NCBI GenBank assembly: GCA_021802705.1
Contig: JAJZRL010000003.1
Coordinates: 14,142-78,141, forward strand
Direction of reading: 5' to 3'
Length of the DNA: 64,000 bases
Origin: a bacterium
GTDB lineage: Bacteria; Patescibacteriota; Minisyncoccia; Phycocordibacterales; Phycocordibacteraceae
In this document: in pieces, positions 53,557 to 62,098 of the stretch
Position numbering within the stretch: position 1 is the first letter of the stretch
How the letters are laid out: each line of letters begins with the position of its first letter
The notes under the pieces: model-generated
The model's input: the letters and a program-made list of their open reading frames with translations, nothing else
Database searches by the model: none
What the model was told of the DNA's origin: nothing
Position numbers and translations under genes: made by a program

Positions 53557-54000
53557 TTAAACCGCCTCGGGTTCAACCGGCACCTCTTGTTCGGCCGGAA
53601 CGGGCGCGTCGGCGGTTTCTTGCGACGCTTCCGCAGCTTCCTCTGCCGGAGCCGTTTCCGTTGCGGAAGACGCCTTTTCTGGCATAGGCGCCGGCGCCTG
53701 GGCCGCCGGCTCTTCCTTCTTTTTGAGCGGGGTCTTTTTCGGAAGAGCGTTCACTTTTTTCCCTTCGGTAATCCCCTTGCTTATAAGAAGGTTGTGGATC
53801 GAATCGGTCGGCTGGGCGCCATGAGAAATCAGCTCCTTCACGCGCGCTTCGTTCAAGGTAAGCGCCTTGCTTTTCGGATTGTAGGTGCCAAGCAGCTCGG
53901 TGATGCCGCCGGCCTTCGCCGCCCGCGCTTTTTCCAAAAGCACGATGCGAAACGCCGGATCATTGGTCCGGCCGATGCGTTGAAATCGGATCCTCAACAT
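53557..54000 (-). CDS. rpsP: 30S ribosomal protein S16 with acidic C-terminal extension
   Basis: MLRIRFQRIG...FRIV, LGTYNP, GAQPTD. Confidence 0.95.
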   Translation of the reverse strand: MLRIRFQRIGRTNDPAFRIVLLEKARAAKAGGITELLGTYNPKSKALTLNEARVKELISHGAQPTDSIHNLLISKGITEGKKVNALPKKTPLKKKEEPAAQAPAPMPEKASSATETAPAEEAAEASQETADAPVPAEQEVPVEPEAV

Positions 54001-54047
54001 GGAGGCGACTATAGCAGAAGCTTCGTAATATTGCTAGAGTAGCTATC

Positions 54048-56036
54048 GTGACAAGCAAACGACTCTACGAAGGACCGATAACGATGACCAAGAAAGGTAT
54101 CGGGTTTTTCTCTTTCGACGAAGAGAAAGAAGACCTCATTATCCCGCCGGAATGGACGAACCATGCTCTCGCGGGCGACATCGTGAAGGTAGAGCCTGTC
54201 GGGGATTACCGCGATCCGTTCGGTCGCATGCCGCCTCGCTCTGCAGGAAAGGTCGTTGCGATAGTCTCCCGCGCCCGTGAGACATTCGTCGGTACGCTCA
54301 TGGAAGAAGCCGGGAAGGCGCTGCTCGCGCCCGATTACAAAAAGATGCATGTTCCGCTCGAAATTCGGGACTGGAAAGTCAGACTTTCCGAACTCGGAAA
54401 GTCTGACTTTCCAGCCGGTTACAAGGTGCTCGTGCGTATGAAAGGCTGGGAAGAGGGCGCGGCGTATCCGTGGGGCGTCATCGAGGATATTATCGGCAAG
54501 GCTGGCGTGCATGAGACCGAGATGCGTGCTCTCGCCTTGGGTCAGGGATTCTCAAGCGACTTCCCTCCTGGCGTTAAGAGCGAAGCAAAACGCCTTGAGG
54601 AAAATGGCGCCGCGTTGCTTGAAGCGGAAATCACGGATGCCGCTCGATCCGGGCGGCGCCGCGATTTCAGAAACGTTACCACCTGCACCATCGACCCCTT
54701 CGATGCGAAGGACTTCGACGATGCGCTTTCGGTCCGGAAACTCGATGCCGACATGGTCGAAGTCGGCGTGCATATCGCCGATGTTTCCTTTTTCGTGAAG
54801 CCCGACAGCGCGCTTGATAAAGAGGCGCGGGAACGCGCGACGAGCGTCTACCTCGTCGACCGCACTATCCCGATGCTCCCTGAAATCCTCTCGAACGATC
54901 TCTGCTCGCTTAAGCCGGAAGAAGACCGGCTCGCCGTCTCCGCCGTCTTCACGCTCGACCGCGACGCCAACATAAAAGAAGCGTGGTTCGGCGAAACCGT
55001 CATTCATTCTGACAAGCGCTTCACCTACGAAAACGCGCAGGAGGTGCTTGATGCCGGTTCCGGTAGTCTCCACGAAGAGCTTGCGACGCTTCTCGATCTC
55101 TCGAAGAAGATCCGTGCGCGACGCCAGGCGAAGGGCGCTATCGAATTCGATACCGCCGAAGTGAAGGTCGAGCTCGACGAGGCGGGCAAGCCCGTCGCTA
55201 TCCGTCTCAAAGAACGCAAGGCGACCAACCTTCTTATCGAAGACTTCATGCTCCTCGCGAATGAAGCCGTGGCGAAGCATCTCTCCGAACTTACCGCAAA
55301 CGGCGGTCCGCACTTCTCGTCGCTCTATCGCGTCCACGACGAACCCGACGCCGACCGTATCGAAAACCTCGCGAACCTCCTGCGCGTTATGGGCTACCGC
55401 TTGGAAACCTCGGGCAGAGGGAAGGTCACCGGAGCCGAGCTGAACAAGCTTCTCGAGACGGTGAGAGGCACGCCTGAGGAATACCTCGTAAAGACAGCGA
55501 CGCTGCGCTCGATGAGCAAGGCTATCTACGCGACACGCAATATAGGCCACTTCGGTCTTGCCTTCGAGTATTACACCCACTTTACCTCGCCGATCCGCCG
55601 CTACCCCGACCTCATCATTCACCGGCTCGTGAAAGCGCACACGGGCGGCAGCCCGATTACTGAACGTGAGATGCGGGAGTTCGATGCGCTTGCGATCCAC
55701 TCCTCCGAACGCGAAGTCGCCGCGGCGGACGCCGAACGCGACTCGGTCAAGATGAAACAAGTCGAATTCCTCGCAGGCCGCATCGGAGAAGAGTTTAATG
55801 CGGTTATCTCCGGCGTCACCGAACGCGGCCTCTATGTCGAAGAGCAAACGACGCATGCCGACGGCATGATCCGCATCAAAGACGTCGGCGACGATTATTT
55901 CGAATACGACGAAAAACATTACCGGCTTGTCGGACGCCGTACGAAAAAAACGTACCGGCTCGGCGACCCTGTCAAAGTGAAGCTCATCGCCGCCCGTATC
56001 CCTGAAAAGGAACTGGATTTCGTGCCGGTGCCGTAA
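54048..56036 (+). CDS. rnr: ribonuclease R
   Basis: TIDP.DAKDFDDA, HIADVS, IEDFML.AN, HFTSPIRRYPD, C-terminal S1 domain. Confidence 0.95.
   Translation: MTSKRLYEGPITMTKKGIGFFSFDEEKEDLIIPPEWTNHALAGDIVKVEPVGDYRDPFGRMPPRSAGKVVAIVSRARETFVGTLMEEAGKALLAPDYKKMHVPLEIRDWKVRLSELGKSDFPAGYKVLVRMKGWEEGAAYPWGVIEDIIGKAGVHETEMRALALGQGFSSDFPPGVKSEAKRLEENGAALLEAEITDAARSGRRRDFRNVTTCTIDPFDAKDFDDALSVRKLDADMVEVGVHIADVSFFVKPDSALDKEARERATSVYLVDRTIPMLPEILSNDLCSLKPEEDRLAVSAVFTLDRDANIKEAWFGETVIHSDKRFTYENAQEVLDAGSGSLHEELATLLDLSKKIRARRQAKGAIEFDTAEVKVELDEAGKPVAIRLKERKATNLLIEDFMLLANEAVAKHLSELTANGGPHFSSLYRVHDEPDADRIENLANLLRVMGYRLETSGRGKVTGAELNKLLETVRGTPEEYLVKTATLRSMSKAIYATRNIGHFGLAFEYYTHFTSPIRRYPDLIIHRLVKAHTGGSPITEREMREFDALAIHSSEREVAAADAERDSVKMKQVEFLAGRIGEEFNAVISGVTERGLYVEEQTTHADGMIRIKDVGDDYFEYDEKHYRLVGRRTKKTYRLGDPVKVKLIAARIPEKELDFVPVP
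54371..54414. repeat. perfect 21-bp inverted repeat in frame within rnr
   Basis: CTGGAAAGTCAGACTTTCCGA-AC-TCGGAAAGTCTGACTTTCCAG. Confidence 0.92.
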
Positions 56037-56072
56037 ACCCAACTTGGCGGTGAAACCGCCAAGTTGGGTTTA
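56034..56072. repeat. palindromic element copy 3 with extended arms, overlapping the rnr stop codon
   Basis: TAAACCCAACTTGGCGGT-GAA-ACCGCCAAGTTGGGTTTA. Confidence 0.9.
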
Positions 56073-56113
56073 AGAAAGACCGCTACGCTTTGCGCGTAGC
56101 GGTTTTATGAACA

Positions 56114-56371
56114 CTAGACATAAAAATAATTCTTCAGGAGATCCTCTTGCAGGTTGCGGCCCTGTGTAACAGAGAGAACTTTCCCGTCCCGAATACTCAG
56201 GATATCTCCGTCATAGACCCATCCGCCTTTTCTCCATCTGCGTTTCAGCACACAGAGAAAACATGTATACCTGCTGGTGGACATCGACGGGATTTCGTAC
56301 GTGTGCCAAAGCCGGTATTTCGGCTCCGGTCGCGGACTGAATAACTGTTCTACAACATTCGCAAAGAACAT
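56114..56371 (-). CDS. hypothetical protein
   Basis: GAGGAGG RBS; terminator at 56076-56106. Confidence 0.65.
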   Translation of the reverse strand: MFFANVVEQLFSPRPEPKYRLWHTYEIPSMSTSRYTCFLCVLKRRWRKGGWVYDGDILSIRDGKVLSVTQGRNLQEDLLKNYFYV

Positions 56372-56458
56372 TTTTACCTCCTCTTCCTAAAAAGCACGGG
56401 GAACAGCACTCTAGCAAAAAATCCTCGAATACGGAACTGTCCGTTTGCCCTCTTGGCC

Positions 56459-58657
56459 CTATTTCGCCACGGCGACAGCCTCGTCGAATTTGACGGAGAG
56501 GAGCTTGCTCATCCCGTCGCCGCCCATGGTAACGCCGTAGAGAATGCCGGCGCGGCTCATGGTTTCGCGATTATGGGTGATGACGATGAGCTGCGATTTC
56601 CTCGCGAGATTCTCGATCATGTCGCCATAGCGGCGGCTGTTCGCTTCGTCGAGCGCGGCATCGGTCTCATCCAGTATCAGGAAAGGTGGCGGGTTCACCT
56701 GGCTCATCGCAAAGATGAGCGCGATCGACGTAAGCGCGCGCTCCCCGCCTGAGAGCTGCATGAGAGAACGCACTTTCTTCTTCGGAAGATTGACGGTGAT
56801 TTCGATCCCCGACCGTTCTTCTCCCGTTCCGGCGGGCACGCCCTCTTCCCCCTCCTCGATATCGAGCGGTTCCGGTTCTTCAAGCGCGAGTCGCGCCGAA
56901 CCCCCGTCGAACATGAGTGTGAAGTATTCGTTGAACGACGCGTTCACTTGCGCGAGCCCGTCAGAAAAGTGCTTGGCGAGTTCGGCGTTCAGGTCGTCGA
57001 TAAGTTCGTTCAACCCCGTCGCGGATTTCGTCAGATCCTCGAGCTCTTTCGCAAAAAATGCCTCGCGTAAGGCGACCTCCTTGTGTTCTTTCTGGATGTC
57101 CTCGCCCATCCCGCCGGCTTCTTCGAGACGGATCTTCAAACGCTCGATCGCCCGGCTGCGCTCTTCCTGTGCCTGTCGGTCTTCATGAACCGGAGAGGAT
57201 AGGGGCTCATAAGAAAGCGCTTCCGCTCCGCCCACCGCAAACGCCTCGGCTTTGCCGCGTTCGAGCGCCTCTTCGCGGAGCGTCCGTTCGTGTTCGCGCG
57301 CCTCGCTTAACGAGAGTGCGCTTTCCTCATGCGCTTTCGCCTGTGCGAGCTCGAGGATGCGGCGCTGAAGCTCTTTGCCGGTCTCGTCGTGCGCGGTAAG
57401 CGCCTCCCGAGCCCGAGTAAGAGCAGATTTTGCCCGTTCGAGCCGCTCGGCAAGCGCCGTTTCTTTCGCGGCGAGCTCGGTGCGCTCGTTCTCAAGCACG
57501 TAGACGGCATGTTCTTCTTCGGAGAGGACATCGTCGGTCGGAACGATAAAACGATCGATGAACGCCCGAATCGCGGTTCCTATCGCGTGAAGCGCCGCGA
57601 GGACGGCATCGGGATTCTCTGCGTGTGCCGCCTGTTTTTGAGACTCTTCGGCGAGAGCGATAAGGTCTTCGCGAGGCACCTTTACGTACGGCTCATGCGC
57701 CGTTTTCGCGTGATGGTGTTTGGCGGCGGAAAGCGCTCCTTCGATGCGTCCGATTTCCCGCAGGAGCGGGGTTCGTTCGTTTGAGATGCTCTCGACAGCG
57801 GCTTCGGCTGCGCGCGCCGCCTCAAGGCGCTTCATGCCTTCGGCATCGGTCGTCGCGCGCTCTTCTATGAAGGAGAGTTCGGCGGCAACGGTGGCGAGAC
57901 GTTCCGCCGCTTTCCGTTTCTCTTCCGAAGCGGAGCGCTTCTCATGCTCGAGATAAGCGTCTTCGACCGCGAAATAGGTCCGCGCGAGCGTAACGAATTC
58001 TTCTCGGAGCGCACGAGAACGTTCTATTTTCTCGACCTGTCTCTCAAGAAACCGCAGGTGCGGAGCTATCTCCCGCCGGAGCGAGTTCACCTGAGCGATA
58101 TTCTCTTCGGTCTTTACGAGTTTCCGCTGCGCTTCCTGCTTTTTGAATTCGTACACCTTGAGCCCGAGAGCGTCTTCGAGCATCGCCCGGCGTTCGCGCG
58201 GCGAGGAGAGCAGGATGCGATCCGCTTCGCCCTGAGAGATGATGTGATGGCTCGTGCCGCCGATGTTCGCACCGGAGAGCAGCTCCTCGACATCGCGCAG
58301 ACGCACGCGCGACCCGTTGATGGAATACTCGCTCGTTCCGTCGCGAAAGACCGCGCGCTCGATGACGACTTCATCAAAATCGATGTTGAAAGACCGCCGG
58401 GTATTGTCGAACGCGACGGCGACCGAGGCGCGCGAAGCGCGAGGCATCGAGTGCGATCCGCCCCAGATGAGATCTTCGGTACGCTTGCCGCGCATGCTCT
58501 TCATCGACTGTTCTCCGAGCGCGAAGCGAAACGCTTCGGCGAGATTGCTTTTCCCCGAACCGTTCGGCCCCACGATAGCCGTGGTCGCGTTGCCGAAATC
58601 CAAAACCGTCTTCTTGGCGAACGATTTGAATCCGACGATCTCCAATCGTTTGAGCAT
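56459..58657 (-). CDS. smc: short SMC-family ATPase
   Basis: GFKSF, GPNGSGKSN, Q-loop ISQG, LSGGE, LDE.DAALDE.N, ITH. Confidence 0.9.
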   Translation of the reverse strand: MLKRLEIVGFKSFAKKTVLDFGNATTAIVGPNGSGKSNLAEAFRFALGEQSMKSMRGKRTEDLIWGGSHSMPRASRASVAVAFDNTRRSFNIDFDEVVIERAVFRDGTSEYSINGSRVRLRDVEELLSGANIGGTSHHIISQGEADRILLSSPRERRAMLEDALGLKVYEFKKQEAQRKLVKTEENIAQVNSLRREIAPHLRFLERQVEKIERSRALREEFVTLARTYFAVEDAYLEHEKRSASEEKRKAAERLATVAAELSFIEERATTDAEGMKRLEAARAAEAAVESISNERTPLLREIGRIEGALSAAKHHHAKTAHEPYVKVPREDLIALAEESQKQAAHAENPDAVLAALHAIGTAIRAFIDRFIVPTDDVLSEEEHAVYVLENERTELAAKETALAERLERAKSALTRAREALTAHDETGKELQRRILELAQAKAHEESALSLSEAREHERTLREEALERGKAEAFAVGGAEALSYEPLSSPVHEDRQAQEERSRAIERLKIRLEEAGGMGEDIQKEHKEVALREAFFAKELEDLTKSATGLNELIDDLNAELAKHFSDGLAQVNASFNEYFTLMFDGGSARLALEEPEPLDIEEGEEGVPAGTGEERSGIEITVNLPKKKVRSLMQLSGGERALTSIALIFAMSQVNPPPFLILDETDAALDEANSRRYGDMIENLARKSQLIVITHNRETMSRAGILYGVTMGGDGMSKLLSVKFDEAVAVAK

Positions 58658-58723
58658 CAGTGCAGATTATAGCGCATATAAAAAGCTCCCCGTGCTTGGG
58701 GAGCTCGAAGGCCGCTTGGCTAT

Positions 58724-58963
58724 TCACCACACATCAACCGCTTCTGAGCACAAGAAATAAATGAGGGCAGCGATGCTGATGAAGACCATGCCGACAAGGG
58801 CGAGGATCGTTGCTAGCGTATAAATGCCGATCGACACGATAAGTACGATTCCAATCAAACAAAGTATGGTGAGGAAACCGGACACTATATCCAGGACGAG
58901 AACAACGTCAGAAGGCAAGGCTCTTTGCAGACGCGATACGCCTTTTTTCAGAAACTTTTTCAC
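58724..58963 (-). CDS. small hypothetical membrane protein
   Basis: AGGAGG RBS, GTG start, two TM segments, terminator at ~58680-58705. Confidence 0.65.
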   Translation of the reverse strand: MKKFLKKGVSRLQRALPSDVVLVLDIVSGFLTILCLIGIVLIVSIGIYTLATILALVGMVFISIAALIYFLCSEAVDVW

Positions 58964-59023
58964 GACTATCCTCCTATAAGTAAGGGATTTGGAACGAGCG
59001 GGAACTCTAAAAAAATAATAAAC

Positions 59024-59713
59024 CTATAAACCTAGTTTGTCAAGAGCTGCAACGGCGGCGGCCTGCTCCGCTTCCTGTTTGCTCTGCCCTTCTCCGCGGG
59101 CCGCTTCGTCGTCGCCGACGAAAACGCCGACGGTAAAACGTTTTGCATGATCGGGTCCTTCCTCCGAAAGCGTCTTGTAGAAAGGGGTGAGGCCGCGCCT
59201 TTCTTGTACGACTTCCTGGAAACGGCTCTTGGCGTCCTGGTAGGATCCTTCCGCGATCACTTCGTCGATCTTGCCATAGAGATGTTTTGCGACAAACGCT
59301 TCGGCCGCGTCGTACCCCTGGTCGAGATAGAGAGCGCCGATAATCGCCTCGAACGCGTCTGCGAGAATGACTTCGCGCGCCCGGCCGGTGTCTTTTGCCT
59401 CACCCTTCGAAAGCAGCAGGAAGGTGTTGAGATCAAGCGAACGGGCCGCTTCGGCAAGCGAGACGGTATTCACGAGCGCGGCACGGTAGCTCGTAAGCTC
59501 GCCTTCCGGAGTAATCGGAAATTTCCTGAATAGGAAATCGGTCGCCGCTAACTCAAGGACCGCATCGCCGAGAAATTCGAGCCTCTCGTTATGGTTCCCC
59601 GCATAATCGCGGTGTTCATTCAGATATGAGCGGTGCGTAAGAGCCTCGACGAGGATGCCGAGATCGTTGAACGTGATACCGAGCCTGGAGGCGAGAGAAG
59701 CGAAGTCAGGCAT
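59024..59713 (-). CDS. rnc: ribonuclease III
   Basis: ERLEFLGDAVL, AD.FEA.IGALYLD, C-terminal dsRBD. Confidence 0.97.
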   Translation of the reverse strand: MPDFASLASRLGITFNDLGILVEALTHRSYLNEHRDYAGNHNERLEFLGDAVLELAATDFLFRKFPITPEGELTSYRAALVNTVSLAEAARSLDLNTFLLLSKGEAKDTGRAREVILADAFEAIIGALYLDQGYDAAEAFVAKHLYGKIDEVIAEGSYQDAKSRFQEVVQERRGLTPFYKTLSEEGPDHAKRFTVGVFVGDDEAARGEGQSKQEAEQAAAVAALDKLGL

Positions 59714-60605
59714 GAACGTGCTCGCCCGTGAGGAGGATCTGGACAGCTTGAGTCACAATGGGGAGCATATCATCATAGAAATTGAGGTCAATGATGTCCT
59801 GGAGACGGAACCATTTCGCATCGTCGAGCCCTCCGCTCTTTTTGAGCGTGATCGGCTCGAAGCTGGTTGAGGCGAGGAAAAACCAGACATGCTTGCGGAT
59901 CTTCCCCTTTTCCGGATGCGATGCGACATACTCGTTTTCTCCCACCTGGCTTTCCACGCGCGCCTCAAGACCGAGTTCCTCCTTGATGATGCGCGCAACG
60001 CCCTCTTCCGGCGTCGCGTCATGCTCGATATGGCCTTTCGAGAGAGTCCATCGCCCGAAAACATCGTGGACGAGCGCAAGGTAGTACTGTCCGTCGTGTT
60101 TGGCGTAGACGATAGCGCCACCCATCTTCTCCAAAGGAAGCTCTTCCTGCTTGAGCTTCTTGGAACCCTGCTCATCCTTCCCCGGCTCGCCAAGCTCCTT
60201 GTATACCGCTCCCAATACGCCGTTCACGAACCGCCCGGAAGAATCGCCTCCGAAAGTCTTCGCGAGCTCGATAGCCTCGTTGATGGCGACCTTGGCTGGC
60301 ACCTGCGTACGGTCGGAAAACAAGAGCTCGAAAAGACCGAGGCGCAAGATGTTGCGGTCGACCGGAGCGATGCGGTCGAGCGGCCATTCGGGAGCGGCTT
60401 TCCCGATGACGAGATCGATATCGTTTCTTTTCGCGAGAACGCCGGAGAGCAGCTGTTCCATGAACGGGTAGTCGGTGTCATCGCTGCCGAATTCCGTCCG
60501 GTTGCGCGCAAGGATAGCGGTGGCATCGTTATCAGATGCATGGGTGGTATCCCACTCGAAAAGCGTCTGTAAAACGATAGAGCGCGCCAAATGTCGATTC
60601 GCCAT
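59706..60605 (-). CDS. nusB: NusB fused to a C-terminal NUDIX domain
   Basis: NRHLAR...Q.LF, DRNILR, AINEAIELAK.FG...S..FVNGVL; then W.LSKG...EELGL. Confidence 0.92.
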   Translation of the reverse strand: MANRHLARSIVLQTLFEWDTTHASDNDATAILARNRTEFGSDDTDYPFMEQLLSGVLAKRNDIDLVIGKAAPEWPLDRIAPVDRNILRLGLFELLFSDRTQVPAKVAINEAIELAKTFGGDSSGRFVNGVLGAVYKELGEPGKDEQGSKKLKQEELPLEKMGGAIVYAKHDGQYYLALVHDVFGRWTLSKGHIEHDATPEEGVARIIKEELGLEARVESQVGENEYVASHPEKGKIRKHVWFFLASTSFEPITLKKSGGLDDAKWFRLQDIIDLNFYDDMLPIVTQAVQILLTGEHVHA

Positions 60606-60693
60606 GGAAAGATCTGTGCGCGTAAGTATAGCAAATATTGCGCTGACGCAATGTTTATATGTGCAAAATAAAAAGAAAACGAGACCTGTCCGC

Positions 60694-61050
60694 TTAGGCG
60701 CCTCCGCCCATGCCCCTCCTTGCTTTAGGGAGAGAAGTACCGGTTATCTTTCCGAGAACGCCTTTCGAACCTTTCAAGCCGGCATGGACATGTTCGGCAG
60801 AAGCGGGTTCGTGCGCGTGCTGTTCATACGGAAGTTCCTGCGAAGGTCCTTTCACTTTCGGCTCATGCGAACGCTTCTCTTTGAGCGAGGAGATCTGCTT
60901 GCCACGATACATGCCGGTCGTCTCATCAAGACGGTGAGGAAGGCGAAGCGCGCCGCTTTCGGCATCCTTGACCGCCTTCACGCCCGAGAGCGCGTGATGC
61001 GACCGGCGATTGCCGGTATGACCTCTGGTATGACGCATGCGAACTGACAT
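60694..61050 (-). CDS. rpmF: 50S ribosomal protein L32 (Cys-free form) with C-terminal extension
   Basis: RHT....NRRSHHAL, LPHR....GMYRG. Confidence 0.88.
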   Translation of the reverse strand: MSVRMRHTRGHTGNRRSHHALSGVKAVKDAESGALRLPHRLDETTGMYRGKQISSLKEKRSHEPKVKGPSQELPYEQHAHEPASAEHVHAGLKGSKGVLGKITGTSLPKARRGMGGGA

Positions 61051-61172
61051 GACTTCACCATACCACCGATATCCGAGAAAAGCAAAGCGCCGCTTCCTGT
61101 GGAGCGGCGCAGGCACAAAGAACGACTTTCATGTGCGGTGAGCAAAACCTTTTGGGTACGTTTTACGTTAGT

Positions 61173-61424
61173 TTACGTTAGTCCTTGGATGTATTCCTGG
61201 ATACGGCACTCGACGAGTTCAAGCGGTTCCCCGTTGAAATCATAGCGGGCGCAATATCCTTGTTTTTGTTTCTGAGTCCCGTGGTTTGGGCACGCTAGCT
61301 GCCCGTTCCAACGGCAAAACGGACAGAGGGAGTGTTTATCCCAATCTCCGCTTGAAGACAGGATGTCCAGAACGAATTCCGGGTTCTGCATCCCTGTAGA
61401 AAAAAAACTTTGCTCTTTTTCCAT
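61173..61424 (-). CDS. small hypothetical protein with Cys/His cluster (CPFC...CPNH...C)
   Basis: AGGAG RBS; terminator-like hairpin at ~61085-61110. Confidence 0.6.
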   Translation of the reverse strand: MEKEQSFFSTGMQNPEFVLDILSSSGDWDKHSLCPFCRWNGQLACPNHGTQKQKQGYCARYDFNGEPLELVECRIQEYIQGLT

Positions 61425-61478
61425 TCGTTATCTCCTGAGAACATGTCCGGACCACTTGACCGGACATGAGGAGTACTT

Positions 61479-62078
61479 TTACATCGTTTCGCTGATAAAA
61501 GCAAGATGGAGGAAAGACCGCCGGTGGATAGCACACGGGCCGTGTTCCTGAAGCGCCGCATAGTGAGCTGCCGTACCGTAGCCTTTGTGACGCTCGAAAC
61601 CGTACAGCGGATATCGGTCCGAAAGGTCTACCATAAGCCGGTCGCGCATGACCTTCGCCGCGATAGAAGCAAGCGATATGACAGGAACGCGCTCGTCGCC
61701 TTTCACGATTGTCTCCTGGCGGTACTCGGGCGGAGCGCGAAGCGCCCCGTCAAGCTGCACGAAAACGCGCGACGCGTCCGGTGTAAGCGCACGGAGCGCG
61801 CGCGTAAGCGCCGCGTAAACCGACGGGACAATGCCGTCGCGGTCAATCGCCTCCGCGCTCTCGAACTCCACGACAAAGCGAAGGTCGCCCTGCTTGACGC
61901 GCGTTTCAAGAAGCGCGAAAAGTGCCGCGCGCTTATTGCTCGTGAGCTGTTTGGAATCCGCGACTCCGGGGAATTCGCGTGCGACGTCGAACCCTTCCGC
62001 CACGCTTACGGCGCCAACGGCCACCGGTCCGGCGAGCGGCCCCCGCCCGGCTTCATCAACCCCAAGCACGAATCGCAT
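61479..62078 (-). CDS. rnhB: ribonuclease HII
   Basis: GVDEAGRGPLAGPV, DSK.L, ASI.AKV.RD, KGYGT..H, HRRSF. Confidence 0.97.
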   Translation of the reverse strand: MRFVLGVDEAGRGPLAGPVAVGAVSVAEGFDVAREFPGVADSKQLTSNKRAALFALLETRVKQGDLRFVVEFESAEAIDRDGIVPSVYAALTRALRALTPDASRVFVQLDGALRAPPEYRQETIVKGDERVPVISLASIAAKVMRDRLMVDLSDRYPLYGFERHKGYGTAAHYAALQEHGPCAIHRRSFLHLAFISETM

Positions 62079-62084
62079 ACAGAA

Positions 62085-62092
62085 AGTATACT
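62085..62092. promoter_or_regulatory. palindromic bidirectional -10 element AGTATACT
   Basis: TATACT lies exactly 6 nt upstream of both the rnhB and dnaE ATGs. Confidence 0.7.
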
Positions 62093-62098
62093 AAACCC

